From Gammaproteobacteria bacterium (GTDB lineage: Bacteria > Pseudomonadota > Gammaproteobacteria > GCA-001735895), in the NCBI GenBank assembly GCA_050298595.1, contig JBNKUM010000024.1, forward strand, positions 1-64,000: 64,000 nt of DNA, given 5' to 3'. Both the position numbers and the translations under genes were made by a program. How positions within the stretch are numbered: the stretch's first letter is position 1; each line of letters starts with the position of its first letter. Shown here one piece after another: positions 10,287-20,764 of the stretch. The notes beneath the pieces were generated by a model, which was not told the DNA's origin, searched no databases, and was given only the letters and a program-made list of their open reading frames with translations.

Positions 10287-10301
10287 ATCGCGAAGGGGGG
10301 A

Positions 10302-10329
10302 ATCATACTGATTCCCGCTTATATTTCAA
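10302..10329 (-). promoter_or_regulatory. sigma70 promoter of tRNA-Lys
   Basis: TTGAAA-16bp-TATGAT followed by a C-rich discriminator. Confidence 0.65.
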
Positions 10330-10429
10330 GTCATTTAAAAAAGAAATTTCCGCAAACTCTGATTTATTTTCTATCCCCATAAATATGGGTTGATGTGGGC
10401 AAAATCTTAGGCTCTCGACTTCTGAAACA

Positions 10430-11689
10430 TTAAAGCGCCTCTAGCTTACGCATAGATGCGGGCAACAAGCGCAGCTCAACCAGCCCAGTAAGCACTGCTG
10501 CAAACAAACTGGCATCCTCGTACAGCATTTTGTAATACTGCGTTTTCATGGTCAGAGCGCTTGCAAACAGAATAGCCAACATGGTCAGGATTGAGCCTAC
10601 TGCAAGAGTCGAGATACCGCTAATCGCCTGCCCTATAGTGCATCCAAGTGCCAATGTACCACCCAGGCCCATCAAAATTGCTCCGATCAAATGGGTGAAA
10701 AAATCAGCCTTACTGGCAAACCATTCAATACGAAAACTGCGCGATATCAGCGACCAGAATAGCGACCCGAAGATGACACCAGCAACTGCAAACAGCCCAA
10801 AAGTCAGATGCATGGATTTAAAACCCGAGACAATATAGCCGTAGGATTGAGCGATGGGATTAATAAAAGTAAACGATTGAGTGGAAAGTGGGCGACCTGT
10901 AGAAGGTTTGCCTTCATCTGAATTTGCCAGCATATCCCATTCTTCATAATATCCAGTAAGGTTATAAGCTTCACCATCTGCTGCAATTTGAATATTGGCA
11001 CTGATATACCAGGCACCCAGAACTGCCAGACCAACAACCAGTCCACTTAAGATATTATCGGAAGTTTGACGAAATTCTGCACTGCGAAAAATGTATACCA
11101 GCAGAATGGTACAAATCAGCAATCCGGCGATGAGTCTTATCTGCAGGGCATTATCAGCATTAATCAATGATCCCAGGTCAGAGCTACTCTCCAGTGCGAT
11201 AGCCGCCGGACTGACCCAGCTATAAAACAATTCACTATAGAGTGTTTTATCAGAGCCGGGAAAGGGATTGTTCATGTAAAAGGCAACCAGTCCTATGACC
11301 AGAAAAACCAGTATCGACTTTAGATTACCGCCACCGATACGAATCAGTGTTTTGTTGCCACAACCACTGCCCAGAGTCATGCCAACACCAAACATCAGGC
11401 CACCGAGTATATTTTCCAGCCAGATAATTTGATCATCGCGATATGGAGGGAAGCTTCCATCCACTGACATTAATCCGGCAGATTCCAGAACGACAACGCC
11501 TGCTAGTGCCACAGCGATTGCCAACAGCCAGGAACGGAAACGGCTATAGTCACCCATATTGACCATATCGGAGACTGCACCCATGGTACAAAAATTGGTT
11601 TTATTGACGACAGCACCCATGATAAATGCGAGCACAAACGCTGAACACAGCAAAAACCACTGTGCTTGATTGAAAGACTCAAATGACAT
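10430..11689 (-). CDS. YeeE/YedE family sulfur-compound (thiosulfate) transporter
   Basis: Conserved Cys motifs NFCTMGA, GSGCG and GCTIG; many TM helices; start probably ATG 11689. Confidence 0.9.
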   Translation of the reverse strand: MSFESFNQAQWFLLCSAFVLAFIMGAVVNKTNFCTMGAVSDMVNMGDYSRFRSWLLAIAVALAGVVVLESAGLMSVDGSFPPYRDDQIIWLENILGGLMFGVGMTLGSGCGNKTLIRIGGGNLKSILVFLVIGLVAFYMNNPFPGSDKTLYSELFYSWVSPAAIALESSSDLGSLINADNALQIRLIAGLLICTILLVYIFRSAEFRQTSDNILSGLVVGLAVLGAWYISANIQIAADGEAYNLTGYYEEWDMLANSDEGKPSTGRPLSTQSFTFINPIAQSYGYIVSGFKSMHLTFGLFAVAGVIFGSLFWSLISRSFRIEWFASKADFFTHLIGAILMGLGGTLALGCTIGQAISGISTLAVGSILTMLAILFASALTMKTQYYKMLYEDASLFAAVLTGLVELRLLPASMRKLEAL

Positions 11690-11765
11690 ATCCACCCCAG
11701 AGTTTTATTATCGATGACCAATGCATCGATTAGATTGTTATCTCTCGACGGGATATGGGACTTTA

Positions 11766-12308
11766 TTATTCCTCTTTTTGAAGCAATACGGCTATCTGCT
11801 CAAAACCATTGTCACGCACGTAATCGAGCGCTGTTTTATTTTGGTCATCGATAATCGTTGTATCAGCCTGATGCTGCAACAGTATTCTTACCGTTTCAAT
11901 ATAGCCAAGTCTGGCTGCCCATAGCAGCGCCGTCCAGCCATGTGAGCGCTCCACTCGATTGACTTCCGCCCCATGCAGAATCAATAGTTCGACAATGTCT
12001 GAAAAATTATTAGAGGCGGCTAACATCATGGCGGAGTATCCGCCTTTATCAACCAGGTCAACTTCAGCCCCTTTTTCCAGCAGTTTCACTACTGCTTCTA
12101 ACTGTCCGTTAAGCGCCGCTTTCATGAGCGGCGTCCACTGGCAATGGTTGCGCATATTGACTAACTGATTTCCCTTCAGAAAATCATCCATCAGGGATAA
12201 ATCCCCCTTTTCCGCTGCATCCAGTAATGAGGGGGGCGGAGCTTCAAGCTCATCGGGCTTGCAGGCTGCAAGCATAAGTAGCAACAAAAGGGTTGCTAGA
12301 TATTTCAT
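11766..12308 (-). CDS. Ankyrin-repeat lipoprotein
   Basis: MKYLATLLLLLMLAAC lipobox; ankyrin repeats WTPLMKAALNG, YSAMMLAASN, WTALLWAARLG, KTALDY. Confidence 0.88.
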   Translation of the reverse strand: MKYLATLLLLLMLAACKPDELEAPPPSLLDAAEKGDLSLMDDFLKGNQLVNMRNHCQWTPLMKAALNGQLEAVVKLLEKGAEVDLVDKGGYSAMMLAASNNFSDIVELLILHGAEVNRVERSHGWTALLWAARLGYIETVRILLQHQADTTIIDDQNKTALDYVRDNGFEQIAVLLQKEE

Positions 12309-12345
12309 CAGTTGCTGGGAATCGCCCAATACACAGAACCAGTAT

Positions 12346-13275
12346 CTAACGACCTTCTCTCGACATGCGTTCTAGTCTTTTTCCTGCCAGTCGAGCTGCC
12401 GTAGTCTTTGGATCGCGTCTTGTTAACCGCTCAAGAATTTGACGTGCCTCAGCAAAACGACCCAGCTCATAATAGGTATACCCCAGTTTAAGCATGGCAT
12501 CGGGCACCTTGTTGCTGGAAGGGTATTTTTTCAATACCGCAGTGAATTCAATCACTGCCTGCTCAAACTGCCGGGTCACATAATTCGACTCCCCCAACCA
12601 GTATTGCGAATTCCCTGCGTAACTACTCTCGGGGTATTGATCAATAAAATCCTTGAATGCGGTATTGGCCATTTTGTAGCGCCCTTCTTTCAGCATATCG
12701 AATGCTTTTTGATAAGCCGCCCTCTCATCGCTAACCGGTGTTGTATTTCTGTTAGTGCCACCCTGGATGGTGGCGGGCCTGGGCAGCGAAGGGGTATTTG
12801 ACACAGCGGTCGATGGCTGCAATACAGGAGCCGCAGCCATAGGCGCGCCTGGTGCGGCTACTGTCGTATTTGCAGCAGGTTCAGTGGTAGTTACAGGAGC
12901 TATCGGCGCTGCAGGTGCAGGCGTTCGACTCGAAGTCATTTCCAGCTCCCGTAAGCGACGGTCTATATCCAGATACAGATCACGCTGACGCTTCTTAATA
13001 CCAGCCAGATCATGATCCTGCTGTTCAAGCATTCCTCTCAACTGGCTAGCTTCTTCCGACAGTTCATCCATACGTTGAAATAGCTCCAGCATGGCACGAT
13101 TATCCAGAAGTTTACGATACCCCTGCATATCCTTTTGCATCTGGTTCACACCCTGTTGCAGCTTGGTCAGTTCATCGGTTAGTTGCTGATTATTTTTTGA
13201 CGCCGCAAAAGAAGATGAAGCACTCATCAGCAGTACACACAGCGACAGTTTTGAAATTACTTTTAACATTTTCAT
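12346..13275 (-). CDS. cpoB: Tol-Pal periplasmic protein CpoB (YbgF)
   Basis: Signal peptide, coiled coil, TPR region (YWLGESNY, KVPDAMLKLG); follows pal. Confidence 0.95.
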   Translation of the reverse strand: MKMLKVISKLSLCVLLMSASSSFAASKNNQQLTDELTKLQQGVNQMQKDMQGYRKLLDNRAMLELFQRMDELSEEASQLRGMLEQQDHDLAGIKKRQRDLYLDIDRRLRELEMTSSRTPAPAAPIAPVTTTEPAANTTVAAPGAPMAAAPVLQPSTAVSNTPSLPRPATIQGGTNRNTTPVSDERAAYQKAFDMLKEGRYKMANTAFKDFIDQYPESSYAGNSQYWLGESNYVTRQFEQAVIEFTAVLKKYPSSNKVPDAMLKLGYTYYELGRFAEARQILERLTRRDPKTTAARLAGKRLERMSREGR

Positions 13276-13314
13276 GAAGTTGCCCTTTTTACCCTATGAC
13301 CGTGGCGAATGACA

Positions 13315-13866
13315 TTACTTAACTTCATACACCAGTTCAACACGACGATTTTTAGACCATGCTGAATCATCATGTCCCAGTACAGCTGGTTGCTCTTCAC
13401 CGTAACTAATGGTATCTAGCTGGTCGCTGGAAGCGCCCTGGAATAACAGGATTCTACGAACTGACTGAGCACGGCGATCTCCCAGTGCGATATTGTATTC
13501 GCGTGATCCGCGTTCATCAGCATGGCCTTCCAGGCGCACTGAAACATTACCTTTGCTGGCAATAAAATTGCCGTGCGCTTCCAGTGTCGCCAGCGAATCA
13601 TCACTCACCTTGGCACTGTCGTAATCAAAATAGATAACGCGCGTGTAAAGAGGCGAATCAGGTTCATCAAGCATTTGTTGAACCGTCAGTGTATCGTCTG
13701 CAATCATACTTGTCTGCGTATCAGGGCCATCTAACGCTGTTCCGTCACCCGTGCCCTGCTCGCTTGTCACTCCAGAATCGGCCTGATTTTCGATAGCCTG
13801 ATCCTTAGAGGCACACCCCACCATCAGCAAACTACTCAGTAAACACGTCATCAATAATTTGTTCAT
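13315..13866 (-). CDS. pal: Peptidoglycan-associated lipoprotein
   Basis: Lipobox MVGC; IYFDYDS, EGHADERGSREYNIALG, NRRVEL; start ATG 13866. Confidence 0.96.
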   Translation of the reverse strand: MNKLLMTCLLSSLLMVGCASKDQAIENQADSGVTSEQGTGDGTALDGPDTQTSMIADDTLTVQQMLDEPDSPLYTRVIYFDYDSAKVSDDSLATLEAHGNFIASKGNVSVRLEGHADERGSREYNIALGDRRAQSVRRILLFQGASSDQLDTISYGEEQPAVLGHDDSAWSKNRRVELVYEVK

Positions 13867-13895
13867 TTCTGAATCCTCTTGTAACAATTAGTGGT

Positions 13896-15212
13896 TTATC
13901 GAATCGAACGCTTTCGATTCTTGAAAGGCCCCCAGACCGGTTCGCGAATATCGCCAGCCTGATCTGAAAGCTTATGTTTACTCTTTCCATCCAGTGACAC
14001 CATATACAGCACTCCCGTATTACCCTGAGTGGATGCATAGAGCACCATGCGTCCATTGGGAGAAAATGAAGGCGACTCATCCAGATTATTATTTGTCAGT
14101 ATGTTCAGGTAACCATTTTCACGATCCAGCTGAGCGATTTGATATCTATTGCCCTCACCGTACACCATCACCAGGTTCTTCCCATCTTGCGATATATCTG
14201 CCGCTGAGTTGTAACCACCTTCAAAACTAACCCGCTTTGGTCGGCCACCATTGACAGAAACCTCATACAGCTGTGGAGAACCACTACGATCTGAGGTAAA
14301 GATAATACTCTGTCCATCGGGGTTCCATACGGGCTCGGTATCAATCGCACGATGCGTGGTCAGACGCTTCAGCTTTTTGCTCGCCACATCTATGGTATAG
14401 ATATCAGGACTTTTATCCTTGGAAAGCACTATAGCAAGTTGCTTACCATCGGGTGACCATGAAGGTGCCCCATTAATACCTTTAAACCCAGTAATCTTAC
14501 TACGTTTTGCAGTCGCCAGATGCTGGATAAAAATTTCCGGACGATTGTTTTCAAAAGACACATAAGCCAGCGATTGCCCATCGGGTGACCAGGCGGGCGA
14601 CATCAGTGGCTCATCAGACTCCAGCACCGTTTGCGGATTAAATCCATCGGTATCTGCAACCTGTAACACATATTTACGCGCCTTGCCCTGGCGTGCGCTG
14701 ATATAGGCGATACGGGTATTAAACGCCCCCGGGATACCGGTAATTTTTTCGTAGATTAAATCACTGATTTCATGTGCGGTGCTACGCAGATTGCGTAATT
14801 TTACTGGAAAGGTATAGCCAACCATTTGCTTCTGTTTCAGAACATCAAGCAGCTGAAACTGTACATCCAGTTTTCCAGGCTGTTTACTCAGAATGCGCCC
14901 TACAACAAGATACTCCTGATTTAACTGTCGCCAGTTAGCGTAATTCACATCCTTGCTATAATGCGGTCTGGTGACATACTGGGTACTGTTTAATACCTTA
15001 AATACACCACTGCGATTTAGATCTTCTGTAACAATTTGAGCGATGTCTGTTTTTAACTTTACGGGCAGACCAGCGGTATCAAACTCAACTACAGCCATGG
15101 GAATTGCACCTTCGACACCCTCTGTTATTTCTATGCTGATTACTGCATATAACGGATTTGTGAAACAAAACAGTAGGACAAGTAGACAGGCTTTTGCAAA
15201 ATGTATAGTCAT
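13896..15212 (-). CDS. tolB: TolB
   Basis: PD40 repeats (SPAWSPDG, APSWSPDG); operon context. Confidence 0.97.
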   Translation of the reverse strand: MTIHFAKACLLVLLFCFTNPLYAVISIEITEGVEGAIPMAVVEFDTAGLPVKLKTDIAQIVTEDLNRSGVFKVLNSTQYVTRPHYSKDVNYANWRQLNQEYLVVGRILSKQPGKLDVQFQLLDVLKQKQMVGYTFPVKLRNLRSTAHEISDLIYEKITGIPGAFNTRIAYISARQGKARKYVLQVADTDGFNPQTVLESDEPLMSPAWSPDGQSLAYVSFENNRPEIFIQHLATAKRSKITGFKGINGAPSWSPDGKQLAIVLSKDKSPDIYTIDVASKKLKRLTTHRAIDTEPVWNPDGQSIIFTSDRSGSPQLYEVSVNGGRPKRVSFEGGYNSAADISQDGKNLVMVYGEGNRYQIAQLDRENGYLNILTNNNLDESPSFSPNGRMVLYASTQGNTGVLYMVSLDGKSKHKLSDQAGDIREPVWGPFKNRKRSIR

Positions 15213-15220
15213 AAATATTC

Positions 15221-16162
15221 TTAAGGTTTAAATTTAATTGCAATTTCACGATCGAATAGTGACGGATCATCTGGTGATGGGAGGGGATCAGATTTAAGCA
15301 CTGCAGCCTCTACCGATAATCGATACTCTCGAGTACCCGGACAGTTACCAAAAGTCACATCTAAGACGACCCCACCTGGCCCCTGAAGCACAATCACTTC
15401 ACACTTTGGCATACTGCCAGCATTCAGAGGCTTCCTCCAGTTTCGTGTGATTTTCTGTGTTATCAAAGCTTCATATTTATTCCTGGCGCTATCCAACGCC
15501 CGTTGCCTTTCTTCGGCAGCCAGACGCGCTTTAAGTTCCGCTTCTTTTTGTCGTTGTTCTGCTTCCGCTTTTAATCGCGCCTGGCGTTCAGCCTCTTTAC
15601 GCGCTTCTTCCTGCTTTCGTTTTAACTCTTCGGCCTTGCGCTTTTTTTCTGCTTCAGCTTTTTTCCGAGCTTCTTCCGCCTGACGTTTTTTCTCTGCTTC
15701 AGCTTTTTTCTGAGCTTCTTCCGCCTGACGTTTTTTCTCTGCTTCGGCTTTTTTCTGCTGCTCAGCTTTTAATTTCTTTGCCGCTTCGGCTTTTGCTTTT
15801 CGGGCCTGTTCTGCCTTACGTTGTATTTCAGCTTCGGCTTGTTTCTTTTGCTCCAGTGCTTGTTTTTTTTGTTCGGCTTTTTTTGCAGCAATCTCTTTGA
15901 CGCGCTTTTCAGCGGCTGCTTTTTTACGCTGCTGCTCCTGCTTCTTTAACTGCTCCTGTTGTTTTATTTTTTCTGCCCGTTGTTCGAGCTTTTTCTGATC
16001 GATAACTTCAGCTTTAATGGTTTTATCTACTAAAGAAGGAGGGCTGACTACAGACAGCCTTGGTGTACCACTAAACTCAAGTAGTGTTAACGCAATGATC
16101 GAGCCATGCAGCAACAACGAGAACAGAAACGCTCTCGGATATTGCCGTATTAAGTCAATCAC
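15221..16162 (-). CDS. tolA: TolA
   Basis: N-terminal TM with SLLLH, K/A/E-rich helical linker, C-terminal domain. Confidence 0.93.
   Translation of the reverse strand: MIDLIRQYPRAFLFSLLLHGSIIALTLLEFSGTPRLSVVSPPSLVDKTIKAEVIDQKKLEQRAEKIKQQEQLKKQEQQRKKAAAEKRVKEIAAKKAEQKKQALEQKKQAEAEIQRKAEQARKAKAEAAKKLKAEQQKKAEAEKKRQAEEAQKKAEAEKKRQAEEARKKAEAEKKRKAEELKRKQEEARKEAERQARLKAEAEQRQKEAELKARLAAEERQRALDSARNKYEALITQKITRNWRKPLNAGSMPKCEVIVLQGPGGVVLDVTFGNCPGTREYRLSVEAAVLKSDPLPSPDDPSLFDREIAIKFKP
15622..15756 (-). repeat. 45-bp coding tandem repeat in tolA (~3 units)
   Basis: Units 15667-15711 and 15712-15756 are near-identical (KKAEAEKKRQAEEAx); a third degenerate unit precedes them. Confidence 0.85.
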
Positions 16163-16590
16163 CGTTTATCATCTCCCGGCTCGGTGACCAGTCCTACCGA
16201 ATCTATACCTGCCTGCTGTAACTGCACCAGTACATTGACTATATTTTGATAAATCACGTTCTTGTCGCCACGCACCATCACGGGGCGCTTGCTTTCTTTC
16301 TTCAGCGCCTTTTTAACCTGATCAACCAGTTCAGCATTATCCAGCGGGGAATCCTGGTTAGAGGATATATTCAGGTAAACCAGCCCTTTTTCATCAACGC
16401 TGATAATCACTGGCTCAGGGCTATTTACATCCAGAGCCTTAGCTGGGGCCTGCGGCAAATCAACATCCACACCTTGTTTTAATAGCGGTGCGGTGACCAT
16501 AAATATGATCAGCAGTACCAGCATCACGTCGATGTAAGGTACTACGTTGATATCAGCCATCACCCGCCGTTTACGACTACTAGATGCCAT
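16159..16590 (-). CDS. tolR: TolR
   Basis: INVVPYIDVMLVLLIIFMVTAP. Confidence 0.97.
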   Translation of the reverse strand: MASSSRKRRVMADINVVPYIDVMLVLLIIFMVTAPLLKQGVDVDLPQAPAKALDVNSPEPVIISVDEKGLVYLNISSNQDSPLDNAELVDQVKKALKKESKRPVMVRGDKNVIYQNIVNVLVQLQQAGIDSVGLVTEPGDDKR

Positions 16591-16595
16591 ATCGA

Positions 16596-17273
16596 TTAAT
16601 GACTTCTGGACTGAACCTGACGCTGCAGGATTCCGGTAAATTCTTCGACAAAATTCTCGTAACGGCCTACCATTTGATCAACCTGTGTCGCGAAGTTATT
16701 GTAAGCGATAACCGCTGGTATGGCGGCTAGCAAGCCCATGGCGGTTGCGATAAGTGCCTCAGAAATACCAGGGGCAACCATTGCCAGCGTTGCCTGCTGC
16801 ACTCCGGCCAGTGAACGGAAAGAGTCCATAATCCCCCAGACGGTCCCAAACAAACCAACGTAAGGACTAACCGATCCGACGGTTGCGAGATAGGACAGAT
16901 TGTTTTCCATCACTTCAACTTCACGCGACATAGAGACTTTCATCAGACGATGTGCAGCGGTAATCACTTCTGAGGTTTGCATCTCGGATTTACGTGCTCG
17001 AGCGAATTCACGGAAGCCATTTTCGAATATCGCCTCCATACCGTTGCGTTTTTCCTGACGTGTGGATAATTGACCAAACAGATCACTCAGGTTAATGCCT
17101 GACCAGAAACGGCCTTCAAAGGTTTTAGCTTCACTACGGCTATGTTTTAGAAGACCCCATTTTACGTAAATCACCGCCCAGGAAAACACCGACGCTATGA
17201 GCAGGATTAGCATGACAAACTGCACCGGCAAACTGGCATTTGCTATCAGGTGAACGAATGATATTTCATTCAT
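16596..17273 (-). CDS. tolQ: TolQ
   Basis: SPYVGLFGTVWGIM, APGISEALIATAMGL. Confidence 0.97.
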   Translation of the reverse strand: MNEISFVHLIANASLPVQFVMLILLIASVFSWAVIYVKWGLLKHSRSEAKTFEGRFWSGINLSDLFGQLSTRQEKRNGMEAIFENGFREFARARKSEMQTSEVITAAHRLMKVSMSREVEVMENNLSYLATVGSVSPYVGLFGTVWGIMDSFRSLAGVQQATLAMVAPGISEALIATAMGLLAAIPAVIAYNNFATQVDQMVGRYENFVEEFTGILQRQVQSRSH

Positions 17274-17682
17274 GGTTACTAAGTTTCCTCATTATCTGTT
17301 CAGGTATGGAGACTGGTACAAATTGATCTGCAGCAATGCAGCCGACTTTTACTTCGGCCTGATTGATCAGAACTTTCTGCTCGCCTCTTTGACTGTAAAT
17401 CGCCTGATCAAATATCAGGCTGACCTTTTTTAATCGTTTGATATTAGTTTCTACCAGTAGCAACTCATTGAAACGTGCCGCCTGTTTAAAATCTACGCTA
17501 ATATGACGCACAACAAAAACCATATTCTGCCGTAACAAATCATCCTGCTCAAAACCCAGTTCGCGCAAAAATTCAGTGCGTGCGCGTTCATAGAAATTCA
17601 GGTAATTGGAATGATAAACCACGCCACCGGCATCGGTATCTTCAAAATATACTCGACATTCTAGGGTCTGACCAATTGACAC
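17266..17682 (-). CDS. ybgC: Tol-Pal-associated acyl-CoA thioesterase
   Basis: RVYFEDTDAGGVVYHSNYL. Confidence 0.95.
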   Translation of the reverse strand: MSIGQTLECRVYFEDTDAGGVVYHSNYLNFYERARTEFLRELGFEQDDLLRQNMVFVVRHISVDFKQAARFNELLLVETNIKRLKKVSLIFDQAIYSQRGEQKVLINQAEVKVGCIAADQFVPVSIPEQIMRKLSNHE

Positions 17683-18707
17683 TAAAATAATTCTCCACTG
17701 CCCTGAGTTTTCTTCACATCGAAGCCAAAATGCCTGTAAGCATGCGAGGTCACCAATCGTCCGCGTGGGGTACGCATCATGAAACCCTGCTGGATGAGAA
17801 ATGGCTCAATGACATCTTCTATAGTGCCACGCTCTTCACCTATGGCAGCAGCGAGGTTCTCTACTCCCACCGGGCCACCTTCAAATTTTTCAATCATCGC
17901 CAGGATTAATCTCCTATCCATGTGGTCCAGCCCGCATTGATCGACCTTCAACATATTCAGGGCTTCGGTAGCAACTTTTTTATCAATGACGCCATTGGCT
18001 CTGACTTCAGCATAGTCGCGAGCACGGCGTAATAATCGATTGGCAATACGCGGGGTGCCTCGTGAGCGGCTGGCGATTTCTCTGGCACCTTCAGCCTCTA
18101 GCTGAATCTCCAGCAAGCCGGAAGAGCGAGTCACAATACTGGCCAGATCATCTGCATTATAAAATTCCAGTCGTTGCACAATGCCAAAACGGTCTCGCAA
18201 TGGTGAGGTTAATAATCCGGCACGAGTAGTTGCCCCAACCAGTGTAAAAGGAGGTAGATCCAGTTTAATTGAACGAGCAGCCGGCCCTTCGCCTATCATA
18301 ATATCCAGTTGATAATCTTCCATCGCAGGATACAGTATTTCTTCGACTACTGGACTTAAGCGATGAATTTCATCAATGAACAGTACATCATTGGGTTCCA
18401 TGTTCGTGAGTAACGCAGCCAGATCACCCGCTTTTTCCAGCACAGGGCCTGAGGTTTGTCGCAGATTCACCTGCATTTCATTGGCAATAATATGTGACAG
18501 GGTGGTTTTGCCTAGCCCTGGCGGTCCGAAGATCAGCACATGATCCAGTGCTTCCTGTCGTTTACGTGCAGCTGAGATAAAGATATCCATCTGCTCGCTG
18601 ACCTGAGGTTGCCCGACATAATCAGCCAGCATGCGTGGACGCAGCGCGCGCTCATGCGCAGACTCATCCTGTTCCAGTGATGCATCGATCAAACGTTTGT
18701 CATTCAT
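17682..18707 (-). CDS. ruvB: Holliday junction helicase RuvB
   Basis: [28 protein letters not shown]. Confidence 0.98.
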   Translation of the reverse strand: MNDKRLIDASLEQDESAHERALRPRMLADYVGQPQVSEQMDIFISAARKRQEALDHVLIFGPPGLGKTTLSHIIANEMQVNLRQTSGPVLEKAGDLAALLTNMEPNDVLFIDEIHRLSPVVEEILYPAMEDYQLDIMIGEGPAARSIKLDLPPFTLVGATTRAGLLTSPLRDRFGIVQRLEFYNADDLASIVTRSSGLLEIQLEAEGAREIASRSRGTPRIANRLLRRARDYAEVRANGVIDKKVATEALNMLKVDQCGLDHMDRRLILAMIEKFEGGPVGVENLAAAIGEERGTIEDVIEPFLIQQGFMMRTPRGRLVTSHAYRHFGFDVKKTQGSGELF

Positions 18708-19318
18708 CAGGAAGTCACCGCATTCTGTAACGCCTGTTTTATGAGTGCTCCGGCGCTATTTTCATCTGCTTTAAGCGCTGCCGCTTTCACCATCTTTAGT
18801 GCATCGATCGGTTTATACCCGAGCGCCTGTAACGCCTCTACGGCTTCATTCATCGGCGCTGCCTGTGAACCAGTCGTAGCTGGTATAACAACTCCGCTGG
18901 CGGATATGCTATCAACACTATCTACCTTATCGCGCATCTCGATAATCAATCGTTCGGCGGTTTTTTTACCTACACCCGGCAATCGGGTAAGAGTAGCTAT
19001 ATCACCGGATTGTACGCATAAGGCGAAATCCTGATCTGAAATACCTGACAGAATAGTGAGTGCCATTTTGGGGCCGACCCCATTTACCTTGATCAACTGG
19101 CGAAACAGTTTGCGCTCCTGTTCGCTGTAAAAACCTACCAGTGTGTGCTGATCATCTTTGATGATCAGATGCGTCCAGATACAGACTGGCTCGCCCTGAT
19201 TCGGCAATTGATAGAAGGTGGTCATCGACACGTCAACTTCGTAACCTACCCCCTGACAGTCGATTAAAATTTGAGGTGCTCGTTTAATCGCGAGGGTGCC
19301 ATTTAATCGACCTATCAT
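18707..19318 (-). CDS. ruvA: Holliday junction protein RuvA
   Basis: GVGYEV; HhH motifs VNGVGPK and [11 protein letters not shown]. Confidence 0.97.
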   Translation of the reverse strand: MIGRLNGTLAIKRAPQILIDCQGVGYEVDVSMTTFYQLPNQGEPVCIWTHLIIKDDQHTLVGFYSEQERKLFRQLIKVNGVGPKMALTILSGISDQDFALCVQSGDIATLTRLPGVGKKTAERLIIEMRDKVDSVDSISASGVVIPATTGSQAAPMNEAVEALQALGYKPIDALKMVKAAALKADENSAGALIKQALQNAVTS

Positions 19319-19839
19319 CGACGAGTTCTCCGGTGGCGTGAAAAGGCTTTTGCAGGAATGCCTGTTTTGTCCTGCATCGTCTGATGCTGTGCATGACAGA
19401 TAGCAATGGCCAGGGCGTCAGCTTCATCTGCCTGTAGTTCCTGTCGTAACGAGAGTAATCGGCTCACCATATGCTGCACCTGTTGTTTTAGTGCACTGCC
19501 CTTTCCCACAATAGCGAGCTTGATTTCGCGTGGGGCGTATTCAAAAACTTCAACACCGGCATGATACCCGGCACAAATAGCGGCACCACGCGCCTGCCCC
19601 AGCTTTAGCGCCGAGTCGGCGTTTTTATGCATGAATACATTTTCTATACCCATTTGCTCTGGTTTATGCTGTTCGATAATCTCGCTTAATTGCTGAAAGA
19701 TATTTCCCAGTTTTTGCGGGAAGCTATCTCCTTTAACCTTGATATGTCCACTATCCAGATACTCAATTTTATTTGGAAGGTTACGGATTACCCCATAGCC
19801 AGTGATGCGCGAACCTGGATCTATGCCGAGTATAATCAT
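19315..19839 (-). CDS. ruvC: Holliday junction resolvase RuvC
   Basis: ILGIDPG, LKLGQARG, DEADALAIAICH. Confidence 0.97.
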   Translation of the reverse strand: MIILGIDPGSRITGYGVIRNLPNKIEYLDSGHIKVKGDSFPQKLGNIFQQLSEIIEQHKPEQMGIENVFMHKNADSALKLGQARGAAICAGYHAGVEVFEYAPREIKLAIVGKGSALKQQVQHMVSRLLSLRQELQADEADALAIAICHAQHQTMQDKTGIPAKAFSRHRRTRR

Positions 19840-19972
19840 GATTTATAACTTGAATTACAGCAAAGCATCAATGCTTTTTCTAGTGATGCTAAATGCTGGC
19901 TCATTTGATACCACCTGACATCTGGTATTTTCTCACTTTAAAAATTGCAAATATGTTAGCATTTTTTAAAGT

Positions 19973-20006
19973 CCTGCTGTTGGCCAATTACGCAAAAAAC
20001 AGCAGG
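19973..20006 (-). terminator. Hairpin downstream of the Crp-family gene
   Basis: CCTGCTGTT...AACAGCAGG inverted repeat. Confidence 0.4.
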
Positions 20007-20031
20007 GCGATCATAGCTACTAAAGCCTATG

Positions 20032-20691
20032 TTACCAGCCGGGAGGAAGTTTCTTCTCGATGGTGATATGCTTGCCTTCGATGGATATGTAGCCACCGGT
20101 TTTTAACTCTTTAAGGATACGGTGTACCATCTCTCGAGTTGCCCCTACTCTTAATGCAATATCCTGCTGGGTCAGTTTTTCAGTCACCATTTTATCGCCA
20201 ACCTTTTCTGAATGTTTATGTAGAACCCTGACCACCCGATTGTAGACATCTTCCAGCGCCAGACTACTGACTTCTTCTGTTAGATCCCTAATCAAACTGA
20301 TCAGGCGATCAATAATGCGTATACTTATGCTAGGCTTGGTGAGTAGAGTATCCATAAATACCTGTCGCGATATCACTGCAAGGACTGATTTTTCAGTAGT
20401 GATAATACTTGCCTGGCGTCGGATTCCACCCAGTGGCGCTAATTCTCCAAATGAATCACATTCACCTAGCGAATTAATGATTATTTCCTTACCTTTTTCA
20501 TTCTGCAGAAAAACATCGACCTTACCGCTAACAATGACGTAAAGTGAATCGGTTTCATCACCCTGAGTGACTACTACCGTATTCTTTGGATATTCTCTTG
20601 TAATGACCTGAGAGGCTATTTGCTCAAGGTCAACTTGACTCAATCCCTCAAAGAACGAGTTATTCCTAAATGTTTCAATTATTTCATTCAT
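20032..20691 (-). CDS. Crp/Fnr-family transcriptional regulator
   Basis: cNMP pocket FGEL...RQAS and HTH LTQQDIALRVGATREMVHR; no FNR cysteine cluster. Confidence 0.92.
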   Translation of the reverse strand: MNEIIETFRNNSFFEGLSQVDLEQIASQVITREYPKNTVVVTQGDETDSLYVIVSGKVDVFLQNEKGKEIIINSLGECDSFGELAPLGGIRRQASIITTEKSVLAVISRQVFMDTLLTKPSISIRIIDRLISLIRDLTEEVSSLALEDVYNRVVRVLHKHSEKVGDKMVTEKLTQQDIALRVGATREMVHRILKELKTGGYISIEGKHITIEKKLPPGW

Positions 20692-20764
20692 CTTCAAATA
20701 TACCTTTTATTGTAAAACGAACTTCCGAAGTTCACATTTTTTACCTGTTTGTTTTAACGCTAGA

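Noticed and set aside
15622-15756. tolA tandem repeat as a novel element
   Set aside because: Variable tandem repeats in TolA domain II are well known.
19840-20031. LexA box upstream of ruvCAB
   Set aside because: No CTGT-N8-ACAG match found by eye.
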